A DNA stretch of 64,000 nucleotides from assembly GCA_029259975.1 (NCBI GenBank), contig JAJDEE010000089.1, positions 1,083 through 65,082 of the forward strand, given 5' to 3'. This stretch comes from Planctomycetota bacterium. Lineage in GTDB: Bacteria; Planctomycetota; Planctomycetia; Pirellulales; Lacipirellulaceae. The translations under genes were made by a program, and so were the position numbers. The notes below the pieces were generated by a model. The model did not search any database. It was given only the letters and a program-made list of their open reading frames with translations, and was not told where the DNA came from. This document shows positions 9,019-19,759 of this stretch, one piece after another (the stretch's first letter is position 1; each line of letters opens with the position of its first letter).

Positions 9019-11343
9019 TCAGGTTCGTCGTGCGGATCGAAGTCGTGAGGGAATGACTACTAGAAATCCTATCGCCAACAGCAGACTGCTAGGCTCTGGA
9101 ATCGATGTTGCCGCTTGCTGGGCAGTCAGATTGGATTGGCCGAATTGTGATTCCCAAGCGACCAAATCTAGCTCGTCGACGTTGCCATCACCGTTGGCAT
9201 CGCCCTCGGCAAGAGTTGTGCCGCTGCCAAACCCGCGTTGCCAGGCGAGAAAGTCGCTGCCGTCGACATCGCCGTCTTGATCGAAATCGGCGTCGGCGGC
9301 CAAGACCGTGATCCCGTCGATCACGATGTTGTCAAAGGCGAACGCTTCAGAACCACCATCGGTACGAGCCGTGAGTTCAATCGTAAGCGTGTCTCCAACG
9401 CCCGAAAGAATCGATGTAACTGTCTGAAACAAGTTCGAAAGCTGCGTCTGTTCGCCGGCGAGATTTTCGATGACCAGGGGATCGTTCAGCAAAAAGTCGT
9501 CGCCGTCGGCGAGCGTGTAGATAGCCGACCCCGCCTCGTCGACCGAAGAGGTAAATAATGACAACGCGGGACCGCCGTCGATCGAGTAGGTCCAGTTAAA
9601 GAAATCGCCCGTCGTCGCAGAGCCTTCAAAGTCGCCCATCGCTGCCATGTCGATCGACACTTCGAGGCTCGAAGCCCCCGAAATATCAAACTCCCAGGTC
9701 GCTGTGCCTTCGTTCGACGGGTTATCGACATTGACCAAGTCGGTAATGCCAAACCAAGCGTCGGTCTTGGTTGCCGCATCAATCACACCTAAGGTGTCGC
9801 TTGGTTGACCAGCCGTCGATTCATCCAACAATGCAACTGGAATCGTCGAATTCACGCCCACTTGAAAACGCTCGAAACCATCTTCGACACTGCTAAACGC
9901 GTCTGGCGCAGGCGACTGCGTAAAACTATTGAGTCCGATCGGTGAATCAAAATCGTCGCGGGCTTGAAACGGAAGTTGATTCACTTGACCGACAAGGTAA
10001 TTCACCGGAATGTTCACCAAAGCGTTTGCAGCGCCCTGGCTTGAACTGCTCACAGTCACAATGCCGCTACGCAAGCCAGCGACCGAGGTATCGAGCGTTA
10101 TGGGGTGCGAGTTAAACCCGCCCAAGGCGAAATCGGTACCCGTTGCGCTGCCCGACAAATCGCCCGATACGCTAATGGTATAGTCCAATTCGTCTGCACC
10201 CAGCGAGGAGATTACGTTGGCAACATTCTCGACCAATACGTCCACGTTAAAAGTCGCGCCCAAAGGAACGGTCGGCGGGATCGAAGCCAATTGCGCGCTG
10301 AGAATCGCTGGGACTTGGTAATCGGCCACCACCGGCAGGTGATCGCTCACATGGGCTAAGGCATCGAGCTGAGAGTTGCTCAACGGATACGTATTACCAG
10401 GGGCGTTTACCGCACTGTTAAAAGTCGTTCCATTGTTTCCGAAAGTGTGATACGAATTGGGAATGTAACTAAGGCCTTCGTTGTCCAACAGTTCGCCGCT
10501 GACGAGTTGGAAATCGAACCGGTCATCGATTCCGCCACCGACAAGCCCGTCGCTACCGTCATGGGGACTTTGGGTATGTATGGAAGCAAAGCTGCCACTG
10601 TTATTCCAATTGCCAGGTCTGTTGATCGGGTCAAATGCCTGACCGTTGCCCGCGCTGAGCAACGTTTGATACATGTCTTCATTGCTACTGCGGATATTAA
10701 AATCGCCGGCGTAGATGATGCTGGCCCCCTGGCCGAGCGCATCAGCATTGGCACGGGTGACGATCGCTTCATTATTGCGACGAACACCGTTTGTTGTACT
10801 GCCCGAACTAGAATTCTCCGCTCCTGCCTTGAAATGATGATCGTAAATATAAAAATCTGCGCTTGCATCATACCCGTCAGGACGAAGTTGAAAACGCGCC
10901 GGCTGTCTCGCTGCATTCGACCCACCCGTCGAACCGAATGCCTGTTGCGAAATCAAATCGAGCGTCGTGGTGTTGTAGACCAAGCTCTGATGGATCGAGC
11001 TAAACGAAGGGCCGTTCACCACAGTGCTACGTGCGTAAGTCCCCGCGCCATAGATTCCATTGAGCAAATTGACGAAAGCTTGAGTCGTCGAAGACGTGCT
11101 GGCCTGCTCCTGCAAAATCAACGCGTCGATCGTCTTCGCAAAGCCGCCGGTCACCTCGTCGGCGATTGCCTGCAACACCGTATCCATGCCCGTTCGTGGC
11201 AAAGTGTTGTTGCCTGTGAAGCTACCGTTGGCGGTGTTGTAGGTCACGATCCGTAGCTGGGCCATCGCTACGTTGGCAGTAGCAAACCAAAACAACGAAC
11301 AAACCATACCGGCGGTCAGTAGTCGGCGGACAAGAAAAGTCAT
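9019..11343 (-). CDS. PEP-CTERM protein with N-terminal endonuclease/exonuclease/phosphatase (DNase I-like) domain
   Basis: Signal peptide, TYN, LILQE, HHFK, AGDFN, RFDFQ, SDHLPV catalytic motifs; dockerin-like repeats; IPEPS tail. Confidence 0.88.
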   Translation of the reverse strand: MTFLVRRLLTAGMVCSLFWFATANVAMAQLRIVTYNTANGSFTGNNTLPRTGMDTVLQAIADEVTGGFAKTIDALILQEQASTSSTTQAFVNLLNGIYGAGTYARSTVVNGPSFSSIHQSLVYNTTTLDLISQQAFGSTGGSNAARQPARFQLRPDGYDASADFYIYDHHFKAGAENSSSGSTTNGVRRNNEAIVTRANADALGQGASIIYAGDFNIRSSNEDMYQTLLSAGNGQAFDPINRPGNWNNSGSFASIHTQSPHDGSDGLVGGGIDDRFDFQLVSGELLDNEGLSYIPNSYHTFGNNGTTFNSAVNAPGNTYPLSNSQLDALAHVSDHLPVVADYQVPAILSAQLASIPPTVPLGATFNVDVLVENVANVISSLGADELDYTISVSGDLSGSATGTDFALGGFNSHPITLDTSVAGLRSGIVTVSSSSQGAANALVNIPVNYLVGQVNQLPFQARDDFDSPIGLNSFTQSPAPDAFSSVEDGFERFQVGVNSTIPVALLDESTAGQPSDTLGVIDAATKTDAWFGITDLVNVDNPSNEGTATWEFDISGASSLEVSIDMAAMGDFEGSATTGDFFNWTYSIDGGPALSLFTSSVDEAGSAIYTLADGDDFLLNDPLVIENLAGEQTQLSNLFQTVTSILSGVGDTLTIELTARTDGGSEAFAFDNIVIDGITVLAADADFDQDGDVDGSDFLAWQRGFGSGTTLAEGDANGDGNVDELDLVAWESQFGQSNLTAQQAATSIPEPSSLLLAIGFLVVIPSRLRSARRT

Positions 11344-11365
11344 TCACCTGCTCCATAAAAACACA

Positions 11366-13210
11366 TCAAAGGGTTCTGCATCCAGACCGAAAGCCACTCC
11401 ACGCCAGTAGGCTCAGCAAGCACATGACTGCCGCAGATGGCTCAGGCACTTGCTGAGAAATTGCTCCGATCGCAGGACTGCCACCAAATTGCTGCTGCCA
11501 GATTGCTAGATCAAGTTCATCGACGATCAGGTCTCCGTTCGCGTCGCCCTCGCCAAGCGTTGTTCCCGCTAGCACGCCTCGTTGCCAAGTAAGGAAATCG
11601 CTACCGTCGACATCGCCGTCGCCATTGAAATCTGCCGTCTCGACGACCGCCTCTTCCACCATGCCCGTTAAAGTAAGCACCAATTGGCCCAAGCTGCTAG
11701 CGCCTGGCAAATCCTCATCAGAAAAATCGAGTGTGTAGGTGGCAGCAAATGCTCCCGCAATCGACGTATCGAGCGACGCGGCAAAACTTACGCTCGCCCC
11801 AGCTTCCAGCGAAGAAGCACCACCGAACGACGCCACGTCGGTCGTCAATATCGAGGTGTCACCTGTGCCAAAGATCGAATCGAGTTCCAAATCGGCCGTG
11901 AAGCTGGCGGTACTTTCCAAATTGAAAAGATCAAAATCCAACGTCGGCGCGACGCTGCCCATGGCGATCAATCCAAAATCGTGCGTAAGCGAATTCACAT
12001 CGCCGCCACTCGCAAACGAAGGCTCAGCGTGGTCGAGCACGTCCAGCGAAATGTCGATGATATCGTCAGCATCATTTGCCCCACGGCCTACACCGCCCAA
12101 GGTGGTCACGTCGAGATTATCAATCGTGACGCTACCGCTACGCAAACCAGCTGAAAGCGTGTTGGTATTCAGCCCCACATCAAAGCTCGTACTGTCGGTT
12201 CCGCCCGTGCGAAACGCGTTATAGCGGCCTGTAACGCTACTCGTACCTTGGCCAGACGTAGCGACACTAAAATACGTCCCATCATTGCCGCTCTTATCGA
12301 GCGTGACCGTCTGTTCGGCAGGAACCGCCGCGCCGACCAACACTCTGCCCAAGCTTAACTGCGAAGTCGAACCACCGTCTCCGCCGACGGTCGCGCCGCC
12401 GATGGCAACGCGGCTATCGTTCTGCTGGTCGACGAACACACTCCACACGTATTCGGGACGGTCGATATACGCGTTCCGATTGTTGGTGTAAAAGCTCGGG
12501 TTCAACGACTGGCTAAAAATGGCATGATTACGACGTAATTCGAAATCATCGGGCGTATCGAGATAATGCCAAGCCAGCAGAGAAGAAAAATCGCCCATTT
12601 GATTGTTGCCCGGCACACCGTCGACCAACGTCAAGTTCGACGACGCGTAACGGGTCGTCGAATAAAAAAGTTGTCGGGCCACGTCACCACGGTCGGCGTC
12701 GCCTGGATAAAAGTAGTCGGCTCCAATCGTATGATAATTTCCGGTGGTATTCTCAAAACCAAACGCTCGATGTCCACGATTCGAGTTAATCTGTGTGTCT
12801 GCTGGACGAAGCGCATGCGGATCGCCCAAATTCCCCTTGACGCTGTTGCTCGCACTGCCTGGCTGAAGGCTCTGAGGCCAAACGTGTTCGCGATTCCAAG
12901 GCAACTGGCCTCCCAAGTTCCAAATGCCGGAGACCGAAGCACGATTGTAAACCAACAGAATGTTTCCCGGCACATTGGGATCGGCATCGGTGACCGCTGC
13001 TGAGAAACGAAAGTCACCGTACGAACGCTGAATGTGCCCGCTGGACATAATCGACGTCAACTGACTTTTGAGCGTCGAACCGGTGCCGGTCGCCGAGTTG
13101 TAGTACGTCGGCGGAGGATCGTACGGACCAGCAACAACCGTAGTCGTTCTCAAGCAGAGAACCACAACGAGCGCGCACCAAAAATTGCAACCATACCTCA
13201 GCATCATCAT
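11366..13210 (-). CDS. PEP-CTERM protein with endonuclease I / Bsn-type nuclease domain
   Basis: WNREHVWPQS, DPHALRPAD..INSNRG, YPGDADRGDVAR, RRN...NRNAYIDRPE; dockerin-like repeats; VPEPS tail. Confidence 0.9.
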   Translation of the reverse strand: MMMLRYGCNFWCALVVVLCLRTTTVVAGPYDPPPTYYNSATGTGSTLKSQLTSIMSSGHIQRSYGDFRFSAAVTDADPNVPGNILLVYNRASVSGIWNLGGQLPWNREHVWPQSLQPGSASNSVKGNLGDPHALRPADTQINSNRGHRAFGFENTTGNYHTIGADYFYPGDADRGDVARQLFYSTTRYASSNLTLVDGVPGNNQMGDFSSLLAWHYLDTPDDFELRRNHAIFSQSLNPSFYTNNRNAYIDRPEYVWSVFVDQQNDSRVAIGGATVGGDGGSTSQLSLGRVLVGAAVPAEQTVTLDKSGNDGTYFSVATSGQGTSSVTGRYNAFRTGGTDSTSFDVGLNTNTLSAGLRSGSVTIDNLDVTTLGGVGRGANDADDIIDISLDVLDHAEPSFASGGDVNSLTHDFGLIAMGSVAPTLDFDLFNLESTASFTADLELDSIFGTGDTSILTTDVASFGGASSLEAGASVSFAASLDTSIAGAFAATYTLDFSDEDLPGASSLGQLVLTLTGMVEEAVVETADFNGDGDVDGSDFLTWQRGVLAGTTLGEGDANGDLIVDELDLAIWQQQFGGSPAIGAISQQVPEPSAAVMCLLSLLAWSGFRSGCRTL

Positions 13211-13318
13211 GAAGTGCCTTTCTCATTCCGACAAGACCGGCCATGTCCTGTCAGCAGAACACAACTGTTTCAATACTATTTCAACCGTGCAATAAGCACG
13301 CTTCAATCGCAAAAGTGA

Positions 13319-14317
13319 TCAAGCACGTTGCCGACGCGACAGTGATAGCAGCGTCATGGCCAAACCGATCAGTAGTGCCGAAGAAGGCTCGGGTACCGAT
13401 GAAATGGATGCAAGGGGGCCGCTACCAAACTGCGACTGCCAATCAGCAATCAGCGAGGGATCGGTTCGTTGAATGGCCAAGAAATCGGCACCATCAACAT
13501 CGCCGTCGCCGTCGAGATCAACGTCGGCACCTGGGCCAACGTCGGTACCTAGCGATGCAAGCGCATCAGCAAAGCTATTCCCAATCGATACACTGTCGAC
13601 CAAAACTTGATTATTTGGCGTACCGCCTATAAAGTCCTGTCGCATTCCAAGAGAATTGATGGCTGTCAGCGGGCTGTTTGTGTTCCGCCCAGGATTGAGC
13701 GCGCTAGTATCGGCAATGAAAGTGCTGTTTATATCTGCTGGGTCAACCCACAGCCGTGTGTCGCCCGTGTCAAAATCGTATTCAGTGACGATCGTGTATT
13801 GTGTGCCAAAAGACAGGTCAGTTGCCCATTTATCAAACTGGCCGCCAGATGTCGCCGACATGCCAAACGTAAAGGTCGTCGTAGAAGACGCATTGGGAAC
13901 ATCGACGTAGGTACGGCCACGAAAACCGAAGGCACCGTCTTTGAAGTGCGTAAAGTAGTCGTTGTTGAGTGCCTCACTGCTGGGATTGGCCCGCATGTCA
14001 TTCACGGTCACTTGAGCGGCATAGTACCATTTATCACCGGCCCCCATCGTTGCGTTGGCCGCACGGTTGACATCTTCGCTGCCCGAGTTCAGAAGCTCGG
14101 CAGCGCCGCCGATGATGTCGACATTATCATCGAAAGTATCGCCACTATGGGCAACCCAATTGCCGCCTCCGACGTTGTCGCCGGGCAATCCGCCTAAATT
14201 TGAATCTGTCAGCTGCCCGTCTGAATAGCTGAACGAGTCAGCCATAAAAGTTTCAGCTTGGGCCAAGGGAGCGAGAGCCAATATTATGACGCACGCAAGC
14301 GCAAATGTTCTTCTCAT
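13319..14317 (-). CDS. PEP-CTERM protein, paralogue of 18533-19354
   Basis: Signal peptide; shares LLNSGSED, NNDYF.HF, SATSGGQ and RQDF.G.TPNNQ.LVD.VSIG with 18533-19354; VPEPS tail. Confidence 0.88.
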   Translation of the reverse strand: MRRTFALACVIILALAPLAQAETFMADSFSYSDGQLTDSNLGGLPGDNVGGGNWVAHSGDTFDDNVDIIGGAAELLNSGSEDVNRAANATMGAGDKWYYAAQVTVNDMRANPSSEALNNDYFTHFKDGAFGFRGRTYVDVPNASSTTTFTFGMSATSGGQFDKWATDLSFGTQYTIVTEYDFDTGDTRLWVDPADINSTFIADTSALNPGRNTNSPLTAINSLGMRQDFIGGTPNNQVLVDSVSIGNSFADALASLGTDVGPGADVDLDGDGDVDGADFLAIQRTDPSLIADWQSQFGSGPLASISSVPEPSSALLIGLAMTLLSLSRRQRA

Positions 14318-14402
14318 GTTCTATCTCCAAAGCGTGACGCAAAGGGTATGCGATAAGTTGTTCCAGTTTATCGATAGTCTCGACCTACTCAATCCGATAA
14401 GA

Positions 14403-14440
14403 AAATTGGCCATGCCCCGCCATAGAGACATGACCAATTT
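14403..14440 (-). terminator. Intergenic hairpin (terminator or mRNA-stabilising stem)
   Basis: AAATTGGCCATG...CATGACCAATTT. Confidence 0.5.
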
Positions 14441-14530
14441 CCAATCTATCACAAACGTGCAAAATACACGTTAAAAATGCTCAAACAAGGTACTCAAGAA
14501 CTGTAATTCTCAGGCACACAACACTTAAAC

Positions 14531-16147
14531 TCAACGTCGGCGAGTCAGCGGAAACAGAACCGCAGCCAATCCAAACAACACGACAGACGTAGGCTCCGGC
14601 ACTGCCGAAACAGCCGAGACGGCTCCGCTACCGTACTCTGTTATCCACTGAGCAATCAGCGCTGGGTTCGTCCGCTGAATCGCCAAGAAGTCCGCACCAT
14701 CGACGTCGCCATCCCCATCCAAGTCAACAGGGCTAGTGGCTACGGCCGTAAACGACCCTGGGCTACCAACATCGCCGCCAGGATGAAGCTCTGTGTCGAC
14801 TGAAATTTGGAATGAGACAGTATCAAACTCATTGCTGACGTTCCAATTCAGGCCATTGGTCGTATCGCTTCCAAGATTGTTCAAGCTGACCGATCCTGAA
14901 TTGTTGCTGTCTGGCCAATCAACATTATCAGCAAGATACAGCACAGCCGCCACAGCATTAGTGGTGGTACCAGCAGCTTCGTCAGCGGCGTACTCAGTAA
15001 AATTATCCCACAAGCTCGGCTGGTCGCCACTATTGCCCAGCGCTGGCCATGCCGTGACGCCAATGAACGTCGTGCCATTCGCACCTCCTGGATCCCAAGC
15101 ATCTTGAAATTGGCTCAGCGTCAAGTCATCGGCATTAAACAACACCGCCACATCACCGGCAGCAACGGTCCCCGAAGTGATGTTCGCACTTGCAACGGGG
15201 CCACCGTCATCGTCATCAAAAACGTAATTCGTGGCACCAAAGTCGATCACCGCACCGGTGTTATTGTAAATTTCAATCCATTCCCAATCGTCTTCAGCAA
15301 CACCCGAGTCGTACTGCATCTCGGTAATAATGACCCCGGTATTGATCGCTGCAGAAGCAGCCGGAGGTGTTCCGGTGGGGATCACACCTGGGTTGGCAAT
15401 GTCTGAACCACCGCCTGCGGAAATCAATTGCGTGCTGGTAACGGCACCATTCGCACCATTCACGCTGGGCGACCAGTTCGCGGCGTTCTGATTGCTGCCA
15501 TTCCCACTCCACTGAACCGATTGCCCGTTGGCTGAGGGAAAACCGTTGGTGTCGATGCTGAAAGTTGCATTCGCGAAGCCGCCGACTACGCAGGTATTCA
15601 AGTCCACTCCCGGATCACCACAAACAGCGCCGCCAAGATTCGGGTCAATCAGGTCGGCGTCGTAGGCCGCTCGATTTGGCCAAAAGCCAACCGCATTGCC
15701 AGAGTTGGTCAATGCCGGAAAAAAGTCCGCCGAAATCAACGGCACCGAAGGGGCAAGCCCCCAGGCGCTACGGAAGAACGAATCGTCGTGGGTTGCCGGA
15801 TTGGCACTGCCCAAGAAGCCGTCGTAGATGACCGCCACGCCCCCTGCCGGAATCGCAGTATTAGGGGAGTTCGGCTTACCAGTCACGATATTCGGATTTC
15901 CGGTCAACGGAATGTCAGTGTCGCCCAAGCGGTCAGCAAAATAACCATTCAGGTCGATCGGGGCCGCCGAAGTATTGCGAACCTCAATCCACTCCCAAAC
16001 GCCTTCATTGATGGGGTCGATCATCATCTCAGTGATTTCAAGCTGAGCTAAGGAGGTACTGCCAAGCCCCAAGGTGAGGCAAACCACTGCCGATGCCGAG
16101 GCAAGCTTGCTAATTTTTTTAGTTCCAGACGAACATAAACTTTGCAT
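14531..16147 (-). CDS. PEP-CTERM protein with two lamin-tail-like domains
   Basis: [16 protein letters not shown] and [15 protein letters not shown]; GSPG; VPEPT tail. Start placed at MQSL after a GAGGAAG RBS. Confidence 0.85.
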   Translation of the reverse strand: MQSLCSSGTKKISKLASASAVVCLTLGLGSTSLAQLEITEMMIDPINEGVWEWIEVRNTSAAPIDLNGYFADRLGDTDIPLTGNPNIVTGKPNSPNTAIPAGGVAVIYDGFLGSANPATHDDSFFRSAWGLAPSVPLISADFFPALTNSGNAVGFWPNRAAYDADLIDPNLGGAVCGDPGVDLNTCVVGGFANATFSIDTNGFPSANGQSVQWSGNGSNQNAANWSPSVNGANGAVTSTQLISAGGGSDIANPGVIPTGTPPAASAAINTGVIITEMQYDSGVAEDDWEWIEIYNNTGAVIDFGATNYVFDDDDGGPVASANITSGTVAAGDVAVLFNADDLTLSQFQDAWDPGGANGTTFIGVTAWPALGNSGDQPSLWDNFTEYAADEAAGTTTNAVAAVLYLADNVDWPDSNNSGSVSLNNLGSDTTNGLNWNVSNEFDTVSFQISVDTELHPGGDVGSPGSFTAVATSPVDLDGDGDVDGADFLAIQRTNPALIAQWITEYGSGAVSAVSAVPEPTSVVLFGLAAVLFPLTRRR

Positions 16148-16182
16148 GATGTCTTCCTCTTCTAGGCTACGAATAATCCGGA

Positions 16183-18276
16183 TTAGTTCTTCCGATGAGA
16201 AAATAAAATTAGGCCCATGCCGAGGCACAGCAGCAACGAGCTAGGCTCAGGAACTGCAACATTCGACGCGGCCGATGCCGCCAGGCTGCCAAAGCCATAG
16301 TTTCCTTGCCAATCCGACAGTCCCGACACCGAACCATCGGTGCGTTGCCACACCAGGAAGTCCGCCCCGTCGACGTCTCCGTCGCCATCGAAATCGCCCG
16401 GCGTTGTGCCAATGATACTCTGCAATTCAGTCAGGTCGTCGTTGTTGATCACTCCATCAGCGGTCAGATCGTACCACTCATCAAGCAGCGCCGTCGGAGC
16501 AGCAATCGCGCCAGTCAACTCGGTAATGTCACTACCATCTACAACACCGTCACCATTAATATCGCCACGGGTAAAGATGACCTGAGTACCCGGATTGAAA
16601 ATCCCTGGGTTCATCGCCTCTAGTTCAGAGTAAATGATCGTTCCGGTCGCAGGATCGAAGACATAAATGTCTTCGAGAAAATTGGGGCCACCATCTTGAT
16701 CAATGAAGTAAATGTATCCTGTGCCTTTGTCGTAGGCGACACGGCTGCTGTTCGTGACTTGCGTATCATTGTCGATTGCTCCAGTGACTGGGACATCGCC
16801 CGTAACCGTATAGGCGGCCGTATCGTTGAAGCCTGTTCCCGCTGGGCCGCTGGGCACGACTTCGTTGCCGCCACTGCCGTCGGAGTCAGCGCCGTCGTAG
16901 TCGGCGATCCCCACGGTGATGACGCGCGGCTCTTGGGCCGTCTCGCCATTAGCACCAGTGGGAGCGGTGGTCTGCCCGATAATCGTGTCGAAGAAACCCG
17001 ACTCGCCAATAATCAAGTTGCCATCTTTATCGACACGGAGAAAATCGACCTCAGCGTCATTGGTTGTGGTATCTGTCGAGGGATCTTCGTCAAGTGCGAA
17101 CGCCGTGGGGTGAGGACCAGCTCCTGGCGAGGTAAACAGCTCTTTCCGGGTCGCGGTTGGCGTTGGGCCTGTGAAGTCAAGTTCGAAGAAGGCGATGTCG
17201 TCTCCTCCACCATCTGCATCAGCAACCCAAACGCCCAACGTGCCATTGTGATTCACCAACGCCCAGCCAGCCGGATTCGATTCGACCCCGCCTGACGAGT
17301 CGAGTTCTAGACGACCGGCAATTGTTGCTTCCCACGATTCAGTAGCGGCACCGTTGCGGCCACCTTGCTGGTCGTCGTCGTTTATAGCAAAGCCTGGAGG
17401 GCCTGTCATGTTGTCCGGACCATCGGCATCGAGCGTCGCTGCGCCCGGCGAGGCGCTTACCCGTTTCCATTCTCGAATCTGAAAGTCACCCACTGTGGTT
17501 AAGTTGGAAGCCGATTCCAAAAAGGCAATACTATCAGGGGTAATAAAATCTATTTCAGAATCGAAAAAAGTGACCGGCGATTGAGTCCGAGCCAGCTCGC
17601 CAACTTTTTGAATCGCATTGTCGAGGTGAATCGTCGTGGGTTCTACGAATGTACCGTTGAAGCTTCCGCTGCCCTCGGGATGTGGAATATTATTTGCCAA
17701 TCCGTCAATGGTGCCGTCAAACAGGTTGCTACCGTTACTTTGCAAGAAAGTTTCGTCAGCGATAGGAATGTTCTGAGCGCGGGGAGCGTAGATGGTTCCC
17801 GCAGGCCGACTGTTGGTCACAAAATCGTCTAAAATTTCTTGGTAATCAATACGAAACAGGTCCCAGTCCCCGGTGGCGTCGCCAACTTCGTCGAGATTAC
17901 CGGGTGCTCCTAACGCACTATCAAAAGCGGCCGCGTAGATTGTCCCATTGGCGGGGTTAAAGGTAATCGCTGAGATATCTTCCTGATTGCCTATTGGCAC
18001 GCCCGTTGGGTTGTCGAGTAGCTGACCCTGAAAAATCTCATAGCCGAGCCAGACAGAAAACATCGGAGAATTACCGAACACGTTCGATGCTCCGCCAGAT
18101 TCAATGGCCGAGACGTCATAAAACTGAATCGTGTCGGAAGGACTACCAGCACCGCCCGAAAAATTCTGGTGCGAGAGTGCAAAGACTTTTTGAGGGGCAG
18201 CTAAGGCGGTCACGCTACCAATCACATTGATCAATAGGCAGACCGAAAACCCGATTATCAGATGGGATGTTTTCAT
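16183..18276 (-). CDS. Large acidic PEP-CTERM protein with dockerin-like repeats, function unknown
   Basis: Signal peptide, [37 protein letters not shown] tail. Confidence 0.85.
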   Translation of the reverse strand: MKTSHLIIGFSVCLLINVIGSVTALAAPQKVFALSHQNFSGGAGSPSDTIQFYDVSAIESGGASNVFGNSPMFSVWLGYEIFQGQLLDNPTGVPIGNQEDISAITFNPANGTIYAAAFDSALGAPGNLDEVGDATGDWDLFRIDYQEILDDFVTNSRPAGTIYAPRAQNIPIADETFLQSNGSNLFDGTIDGLANNIPHPEGSGSFNGTFVEPTTIHLDNAIQKVGELARTQSPVTFFDSEIDFITPDSIAFLESASNLTTVGDFQIREWKRVSASPGAATLDADGPDNMTGPPGFAINDDDQQGGRNGAATESWEATIAGRLELDSSGGVESNPAGWALVNHNGTLGVWVADADGGGDDIAFFELDFTGPTPTATRKELFTSPGAGPHPTAFALDEDPSTDTTTNDAEVDFLRVDKDGNLIIGESGFFDTIIGQTTAPTGANGETAQEPRVITVGIADYDGADSDGSGGNEVVPSGPAGTGFNDTAAYTVTGDVPVTGAIDNDTQVTNSSRVAYDKGTGYIYFIDQDGGPNFLEDIYVFDPATGTIIYSELEAMNPGIFNPGTQVIFTRGDINGDGVVDGSDITELTGAIAAPTALLDEWYDLTADGVINNDDLTELQSIIGTTPGDFDGDGDVDGADFLVWQRTDGSVSGLSDWQGNYGFGSLAASAASNVAVPEPSSLLLCLGMGLILFSHRKN

Positions 18277-18417
18277 CGTGAGGACTTCCTCTTGGCTTGA
18301 CTTCGGACGGTTATTTACAAACAGATTATTTACTTATCAAACAGAAACTTATCAAACAAAACAAGGAAACAGGCGATTCAGTCTCCTGAAAAACCCTGTA
18401 GAAATTCTCAAAATCAC

Positions 18418-18450
18418 AAACCGCCGCCGAAACATGCACGGCGGCGGCTT
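18418..18450 (-). terminator. Hairpin downstream of the first PEP-CTERM gene
   Basis: CCGCCGCCG...CGGCGGCGG followed by TTT on the minus strand. Confidence 0.6.
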
Positions 18451-18532
18451 GCTTTGGTTTTCAATACACATTACAGCTAGCGAACATTGATAAAGCTAAT
18501 AAGTTCGCAAGCTGCATTTGCTAACGGACGAC

Positions 18533-19354
18533 TCACACTCGCCGGCGAAGCGAGGCCATGCCCACAAGTCCCGCCAAGGCGAGTACCATGCTGGCTGGCT
18601 CAGGAACCATCACGTCTGTAACCACGCTGCCGAACATGTCACCGATTGACACAGCGTCAACCAAAATCTGATTGTTAGGCGTGTCTCCGACGAAATCCTG
18701 ACGTAAGGCCAACGCCGAAACAAACGAACCGGCAGCAGCGCCGCCCACGTCAGCGATCGAAGTACTGTTGACATCAACAGGGTCGACCCACAATTGCGAC
18801 ACGCCAGTATCAAATTCAAACGAAACCACGACTTTGTACTGCTGACCAAAATTCAGATCGGAACCCCACTTAGCGGTCTGACCGCCCGAGGTTGCCGACA
18901 GTCCTAGGGTAAACTTGGTTGGATCCGCAACATTTGGATCGTCAAGATAAGCACGGCCGCGGAATGCGAACGAGGGACCCCAGAAATGTGCAAAGTAGTC
19001 GTTGTTGATCGGGTCGGTGGAAACAGCCCGAGTATCATTAACGGTTATCATTGCGGCGTAGTACCACGTTGTGCCAGCCGAGTTAAATCCACCTGTCTCA
19101 CGGTGAGCATCTTCGCTGCCGGAGTTTAGCAACTGAGCTTGACCACCAGTCACGTCGATCGGACCACCAAAGCCAGTCCCGCTGTGAGGTACCCACAAGC
19201 CGCCCGAGACGTCGCCACCCGTACCATCTTCGACGGTCAGATTGCCGTCAGGGTAATTAAATGTGTCTGTAAAAAATGTGCCTGCCTGCGCCGGAACGCT
19301 GGCAGCAAACGCCAACAACGCAAAGGCTGTCGAAAATAAAACGTAACGCTTCAT
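18533..19354 (-). CDS. PEP-CTERM protein, first gene of the array
   Basis: GGAGGAG RBS before MKRYVLF; signal peptide; VPEPAS tail. Confidence 0.88.
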   Translation of the reverse strand: MKRYVLFSTAFALLAFAASVPAQAGTFFTDTFNYPDGNLTVEDGTGGDVSGGLWVPHSGTGFGGPIDVTGGQAQLLNSGSEDAHRETGGFNSAGTTWYYAAMITVNDTRAVSTDPINNDYFAHFWGPSFAFRGRAYLDDPNVADPTKFTLGLSATSGGQTAKWGSDLNFGQQYKVVVSFEFDTGVSQLWVDPVDVNSTSIADVGGAAAGSFVSALALRQDFVGDTPNNQILVDAVSIGDMFGSVVTDVMVPEPASMVLALAGLVGMASLRRRV

Positions 19355-19759
19355 TAGAACTCCTCCCAAAAAATGCCTAGGAAAAACAAAAGACCACACC
19401 CAGTGGACAAAATGCACAGCCACCACCAAGAATTTAGCGGAAACCTCTGCTACAGGCCTCATCGCCTCTTCGCACAAATCTCAAGTCTTGCGGGTAGGAG
19501 ATACACGGGCCTTTAATCTATGGTATACACGGATTGTCACGATTAGGCGAAGAAAAAGGAGATTTTCAGGGCAAATACGGCAACTACGCAGACATTTAGG
19601 GCGTGTGGGCTAGGCAGCAGGCCGGCATTTGGCGAAAAAAAATCTGTTGAATCTCGCAGAAGTCGTTTCAATATCAGGCCTTACGGAGATAGGCCGGCTA
19701 AGGCACAATTGTCTGCTACTCTTTTGGGCGAATACCACCGAAATTCATTGAGGTGCCTT

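Noticed and set aside
19701-19717. Sigma-54-like GGCAC...TGCT upstream of the EEP/DUF1559 genes
   Set aside because: GG and GC are 13 bp apart rather than the required 12.
19355-19759. Pho box in the divergent promoter region of the nuclease locus
   Set aside because: No clear CTGTCAT-type 11-bp-spaced repeats were seen, so phosphate regulation remains an untested inference.
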